Of a DNA stretch of 64,000 nt, positions 60,270 through 64,000 are shown one piece after another. Both the position numbers and the translations under genes were made by a program. Position 1 is the stretch's first letter. Each line of letters starts with the position of its first letter. The stretch lies in sequence record DRR723986_5317; one strand, given 5' to 3'. The notes beneath the pieces are model-generated. The model made no database searches and was not told where the DNA came from. It was given only the letters and a program-made list of their open reading frames with translations.

Positions 60270-61822
60270 ATTTTTCAGAAAAAGATATAAAACAAATAGA
60301 ACAAAAAGGATTAACACTAAAAGATGTTGAATCACAGATAGCGGTATTTAAATCTGGTATTCCATTTTCTAATATTGCAGAAGCAGCTACTAATGAACAC
60401 GGAATAATTGTTCTAAATGAGGATATTGTAAAACAATCTGTTGAAACCTTCGAAGCAAATAAAAACAATTTATCACTGTTGAAATTTGTTCCAGCTTCAG
60501 GTGCGGCTACGAGAATGTTTAAGTTCCTTTTTAGGTTTGTAAAAGAATATAACCCAGATAAAGAATCCATTAACTCTTACATCAATAAAAACAAACTTAA
60601 AGACCTATCCTTATTTTTAGTAGGATTAGAAAAATTTCCTTTTTACAATGAAGTCTTAGAGCATCTAGAAGAAAAAGGTGTAGACTTTAATGAATTGTCA
60701 ACGAGCAAAAAGGCGTGGCATTTTGTACATGCCATGTTAGATGAAGAACAACTTAATTTTGGAAATTCCCCAAAAGGATTATTGCCATTTCACGAATATA
60801 AAAATGATCATATTTCTACTGCATTTGAGGAGCATCTTTATGAAGCCGCACTATATGCAAGTGATGATAATAATGCTAAACTTCATTTTACCATTTCAGA
60901 AAGATTTAAGGATAAGTTTGATGAAGAGTTTAAGCGTATCGAAGAGCATGTAGAACAGAAAACAGGTGTCTCCTTTGATATTGACTTCTCATACCAGCAT
61001 GAATCTACAGATACCATAGCTGTTACACTAAATAATGAACCTTTTAGAGATGATGGTAATTTATTATTTAGACCATCTGGGCACGGAGCCTTATTAAAGA
61101 ATCTCAACAGTCTAGATGCAGATATTATTTTTATTAAAAATATAGATAATGTTGTAGTAAAAAAGTACAAAGATGAGGTGGCTAAATACAAAAAAGTCTT
61201 AGCAGGTATATTACTTCAACTACAATCAAAGGTGTTTAGTTTCTTAAATGAACTTGAAAAGCCTGACCTTTCAGAAGAAAAACTAATTGAGATTGCAGAG
61301 TTTTTAACTCGAGAATTAAATGTGAAGATTTCACATGAATTTGAAAAGTACTCTGATAAATATAAAATAGAATACTTACGAGAAAAATTAGACAGACCAA
61401 TAAGAGTCTGTGGTATGGTTAAAAACGAAGGAGAACCTGGTGGTGGGCCTTTTTGGGTAAAAGATCAAAGCTGGAATTTATCATTACAAATAGTAGAGTC
61501 TGCTCAAATAAATCAAAAAGACAGGTTTCAAAAGGAAATTTTAATGAATGCCACACATTTTAATCCGGTAGACTTAGTATGTGGTGTAAAAAACTATAAA
61601 GGAGAGAAGTTCAATCTTGAAAATTATATAGATCATAAAGCGGCTTTTATCACTAAAAAAACAAAAGTTGGTAAAGATTTAAAGGCCTTAGAATTACCTG
61701 GTTTGTGGAATGGCAGTATGGCATATTGGAATACTATTTTTGTTGAAGTACCAATTATAACTTTTAATCCTGTTAAAACAGTAAACGATTTACTTAAAGC
61801 ACCACATCAAATTAAAACCTAG
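60266..61822 (+). CDS. DUF4301 family protein (nucleotidyltransferase-like fold)
   Basis: KFVPASGAATRMFK, FRPSGHGALL, IKNIDNV, GEPGGGPF, FNPVKTVNDLL. Confidence 0.85.
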   Translation: MNFSEKDIKQIEQKGLTLKDVESQIAVFKSGIPFSNIAEAATNEHGIIVLNEDIVKQSVETFEANKNNLSLLKFVPASGAATRMFKFLFRFVKEYNPDKESINSYINKNKLKDLSLFLVGLEKFPFYNEVLEHLEEKGVDFNELSTSKKAWHFVHAMLDEEQLNFGNSPKGLLPFHEYKNDHISTAFEEHLYEAALYASDDNNAKLHFTISERFKDKFDEEFKRIEEHVEQKTGVSFDIDFSYQHESTDTIAVTLNNEPFRDDGNLLFRPSGHGALLKNLNSLDADIIFIKNIDNVVVKKYKDEVAKYKKVLAGILLQLQSKVFSFLNELEKPDLSEEKLIEIAEFLTRELNVKISHEFEKYSDKYKIEYLREKLDRPIRVCGMVKNEGEPGGGPFWVKDQSWNLSLQIVESAQINQKDRFQKEILMNATHFNPVDLVCGVKNYKGEKFNLENYIDHKAAFITKKTKVGKDLKALELPGLWNGSMAYWNTIFVEVPIITFNPVKTVNDLLKAPHQIKT

Positions 61823-62226
61823 TGGATATTGATGCGTTAAAATCCGAATTAAGCTTTAAAGCTGTTAGAAGTTCTGGTAGTGGTGGCCAAAATGTAAATA
61901 AGGTAGCGACCAAGGTAGAACTCTACTTTAATATTTCAGAATCTAATGTATTTACTGATGAGCAAAAAGATAAATTAATTAGAGTTTTAAAAAGTCGAAT
62001 TAATAAAGACGGTATTTTAATTTTAAGCTCTGGTGAAAGTCGTAGTCAATTTAGAAATAAAACTATTGTTACAAACCGATTTATTGAACTTGTTAGAGCA
62101 GCATTAAAAGAGGAAAAACCACGTAAAAAAACCAAAGTACCTAAAGCCGTAAAGTTGAAACGTTTAGAGCAAAAGAAAAAAGCATCTGAAAAGAAGGCAA
62201 ATAGAAAGCCACCAAAACTCAATTAA
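61822..62226 (+). CDS. arfB: alternative ribosome rescue factor ArfB
   Basis: RSSGSGGQNVNKV, RSQFRN, basic tail. Confidence 0.95.
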   Translation: MDIDALKSELSFKAVRSSGSGGQNVNKVATKVELYFNISESNVFTDEQKDKLIRVLKSRINKDGILILSSGESRSQFRNKTIVTNRFIELVRAALKEEKPRKKTKVPKAVKLKRLEQKKKASEKKANRKPPKLN

Positions 62227-62267
62227 AATATTTCAATTTTCTTTTCATTTCACAAATGATTAGTTGT

Positions 62268-62275
62268 TATCTTTG
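62268..62275 (+). promoter_or_regulatory. Bacteroidetes -7 promoter element TATCTTTG
   Basis: Matches TAnnTTTG, just upstream of the TPP aptamer. Confidence 0.7.
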
Positions 62276-62280
62276 CATCG

Positions 62281-62365
62281 TTCTCAAAAAAGGGGTGCCA
62301 AAAAGTGGCTGAGATCATACCCATTGAACCTAGAACAGGTAATGCTGTTTAGGAAATAAAAGAAT
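62281..62365 (+). ncRNA. TPP riboswitch
   Basis: GGGGTGCC..GGCTGAGA..ACCC..GAACCT..ACAGGTAATGCTG..TAGGAA THI-box elements upstream of a TonB receptor. Confidence 0.92.
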
Positions 62366-62458
62366 TTGTTGCCCTATTTATGCAGCGAGTTCATAATTTA
62401 TCAATTATTAACCAAGAATAATTACCTCTTTTTATTCGATTATAAACATATAGTCGTA

Positions 62459-64000
62459 ATGAAATTTAGTATTCTTAAACTTAAATCTAGTTTCTTTATT
62501 TTCTTATTTAGTATCTGTTCAGTTTTTGGGCAGGAAAAACAACAAGATTCAACCAAAGTAGAAAAGCTAGATGAAGTCTTAGTGAAATCAGTTAGAGTAG
62601 ATGCAAAATCTCCAATTACACACTCTAATGTATCCAAAGCGGAGTTAGCGAAGCGTAATCTTGGTCAGGATATACCTATTCTATTAAACTTTTTACCTTC
62701 AGTGGTAACAACAACAGATGCTGGAGCTGGAGTGGGTTATACAGGCATAAGGGTTAGAGGTGTAAGTCCACAGTCAACCAATATTACAATTAATGGTATT
62801 CCTTATAACGATGCAGAATCTTTAGGAACATTTTGGGTAAATCTAGGTGATTTTGCGTCGTCGGTTGAAAGTTTACAATTACAGCGAGGTGTTGGTACCT
62901 CTACTAACGGATCTGGTGCGTTTGGGGCAAGTATTAACGTTCTAACAGATGCTGTTTCAAGGGAAGCTACAGGAGAAATCTCAAATTCGTTTGGAAGTTT
63001 TAATACCAGAAAGCATACCGTTAAGTTTAGCACTGGGTTATTAAATGACCATTTTGAAATCGCTGGTCGTTTATCTAATATATCATCATATGGCTATATA
63101 GATAGAGCATCAGCAGATTTAAAATCTTATTTTTTACAAGCCTCTTATGTTAATACTAATACCTTGATAAAAGCGATTGCTTTTGGTGGTAATGAAGTAA
63201 CATACCAATCTTGGTATGGCATAGATGGTGAAACATTAAAGAAAGACAGAACTTTCAATTTCGCTGGTATTTATACCGATGATGACGGGAATACTAGGTT
63301 TTATGATAATGAAGTGGATAATTATAGTCAAGATCATTATCAATTACATTGGAATCAGCGTTATGACAATAATTGGTCAACAAATCTAGGTCTCAACTAT
63401 ACCTATGGTCGTGGTTATTTTGAGCAATTTAGAGAGGACGATGATTTTTCAACTTATGGATTTGAAGAACTAAATGTAAATGGTGAAACAGTAAATACTA
63501 CCGATTTAATCCGCCGTCGCTGGTTAGATAATGACTTTTACGTTGTCAATGCTAGTGTAAATTATAAGAATGATGAGATAGACATGATTTTTGGTGGGTC
63601 TTATAGTCATTATGATGGTGATCATTTTGGTGAAGTTATATGGGCCGAATTTGCCAGTCAGAGTGATATAAGAGATCGATATTACGATGGTAATAGTATA
63701 AAGAATGATTTATCGGTTTTCTATAAAGCTAATTACAGGCTCAATGATAAATTGAGTTTATATGGTGATGTTCAGGTTAGAAATGTAACTTATGAAACTA
63801 CTGGAACAACTTCGGATTTAGTGCTTTTTGAAGTCGATGAAGAATTTACTTTCTTTAATCCAAAGGCAGGTATTAGTTTTGAACTCAATGATGCAAATAA
63901 TTTTTATTTCTCTTATGCCAGAGCAAATAGAGAACCAAACAGAACCGACTTTGAAAGTAATCCGAATATTAAACCAGAAGAATTAAATGATTTTGAGTTA
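62459..64000 (+). CDS. TonB-dependent receptor, probably thiamine uptake; 3'-truncated at the window edge
   Basis: Manual translation MKFSILKL..LDEVLVKSVR..RNLGQDIP..TTTDAGAGVGYTGIRVRG..QRGVGTSTNG; follows the TPP riboswitch; absent from the ORF track because it has no stop in the window. Confidence 0.9.
   Translation, partial: MKFSILKLKSSFFIFLFSICSVFGQEKQQDSTKVEKLDEVLVKSVRVDAKSPITHSNVSKAELAKRNLGQDIPILLNFLPSVVTTTDAGAGVGYTGIRVRGVSPQSTNITINGIPYNDAESLGTFWVNLGDFASSVESLQLQRGVGTSTNGSGAFGASINVLTDAVSREATGEISNSFGSFNTRKHTVKFSTGLLNDHFEIAGRLSNISSYGYIDRASADLKSYFLQASYVNTNTLIKAIAFGGNEVTYQSWYGIDGETLKKDRTFNFAGIYTDDDGNTRFYDNEVDNYSQDHYQLHWNQRYDNNWSTNLGLNYTYGRGYFEQFREDDDFSTYGFEELNVNGETVNTTDLIRRRWLDNDFYVVNASVNYKNDEIDMIFGGSYSHYDGDHFGEVIWAEFASQSDIRDRYYDGNSIKNDLSVFYKANYRLNDKLSLYGDVQVRNVTYETTGTTSDLVLFEVDEEFTFFNPKAGISFELNDANNFYFSYARANREPNRTDFESNPNIKPEELNDFEL

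Noticed and set aside
57633-63033. ORFs at 57633, 58651, 59455, 59899, 60229, 60741, 60883, 62440 and 62803
   Set aside because: Antisense or out-of-frame within real genes; the last two shadow the TonB receptor.
1-64000. CRISPR arrays, tRNA/rRNA genes, IS elements, prophage or known defence genes
   Set aside because: No regularly spaced repeats, cloverleafs, transposase/integrase or phage motifs were recognised by eye.

Overview
This is a 64-kb, AT-rich chromosomal segment from a Bacteroidetes genome, very probably a Flavobacteriaceae member (gldD/gldE, a T9SS cargo protein, TAnnTTTG-type promoters, class-II glyQS, small ribosomal protein bS22). It is mostly housekeeping: panD, radA, ileS, lspA, rimK, uvrC, hmgA/hppD/kynA, pgi, ssb, mutY, HU, rne/rng, xth, glyQS, ahcY, arfB and a TPP-riboswitch-controlled TonB receptor. 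No rRNA, tRNA, CRISPR array or intact transposase was seen. Two accessory regions stand out. (1) At 5.2-8.0 kb lie a decayed secreted-protein gene, a Crp/Fnr regulator followed by a perfect palindrome and an ORF-less promoter-terminator unit, and a stand-alone T9SS C-terminal module. (2) At 36.5-38.9 kb a cassette encodes a modular Cys-rich lipoprotein, split by a 1-nt frameshift, plus a small membrane protein; it has the layout of a polymorphic effector/immunity pair. Also notable are a PnuC - kinase-only NadR - DUF4301 operon that may be a non-canonical vitamin salvage route, tandem Ser-to-Asp esterase-like paralogues, several candidate non-coding RNAs, REP-like palindromes, and four genes broken by single-base lesions (real or sequencing error). 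All product calls come from motif recognition by eye; no database search was run.
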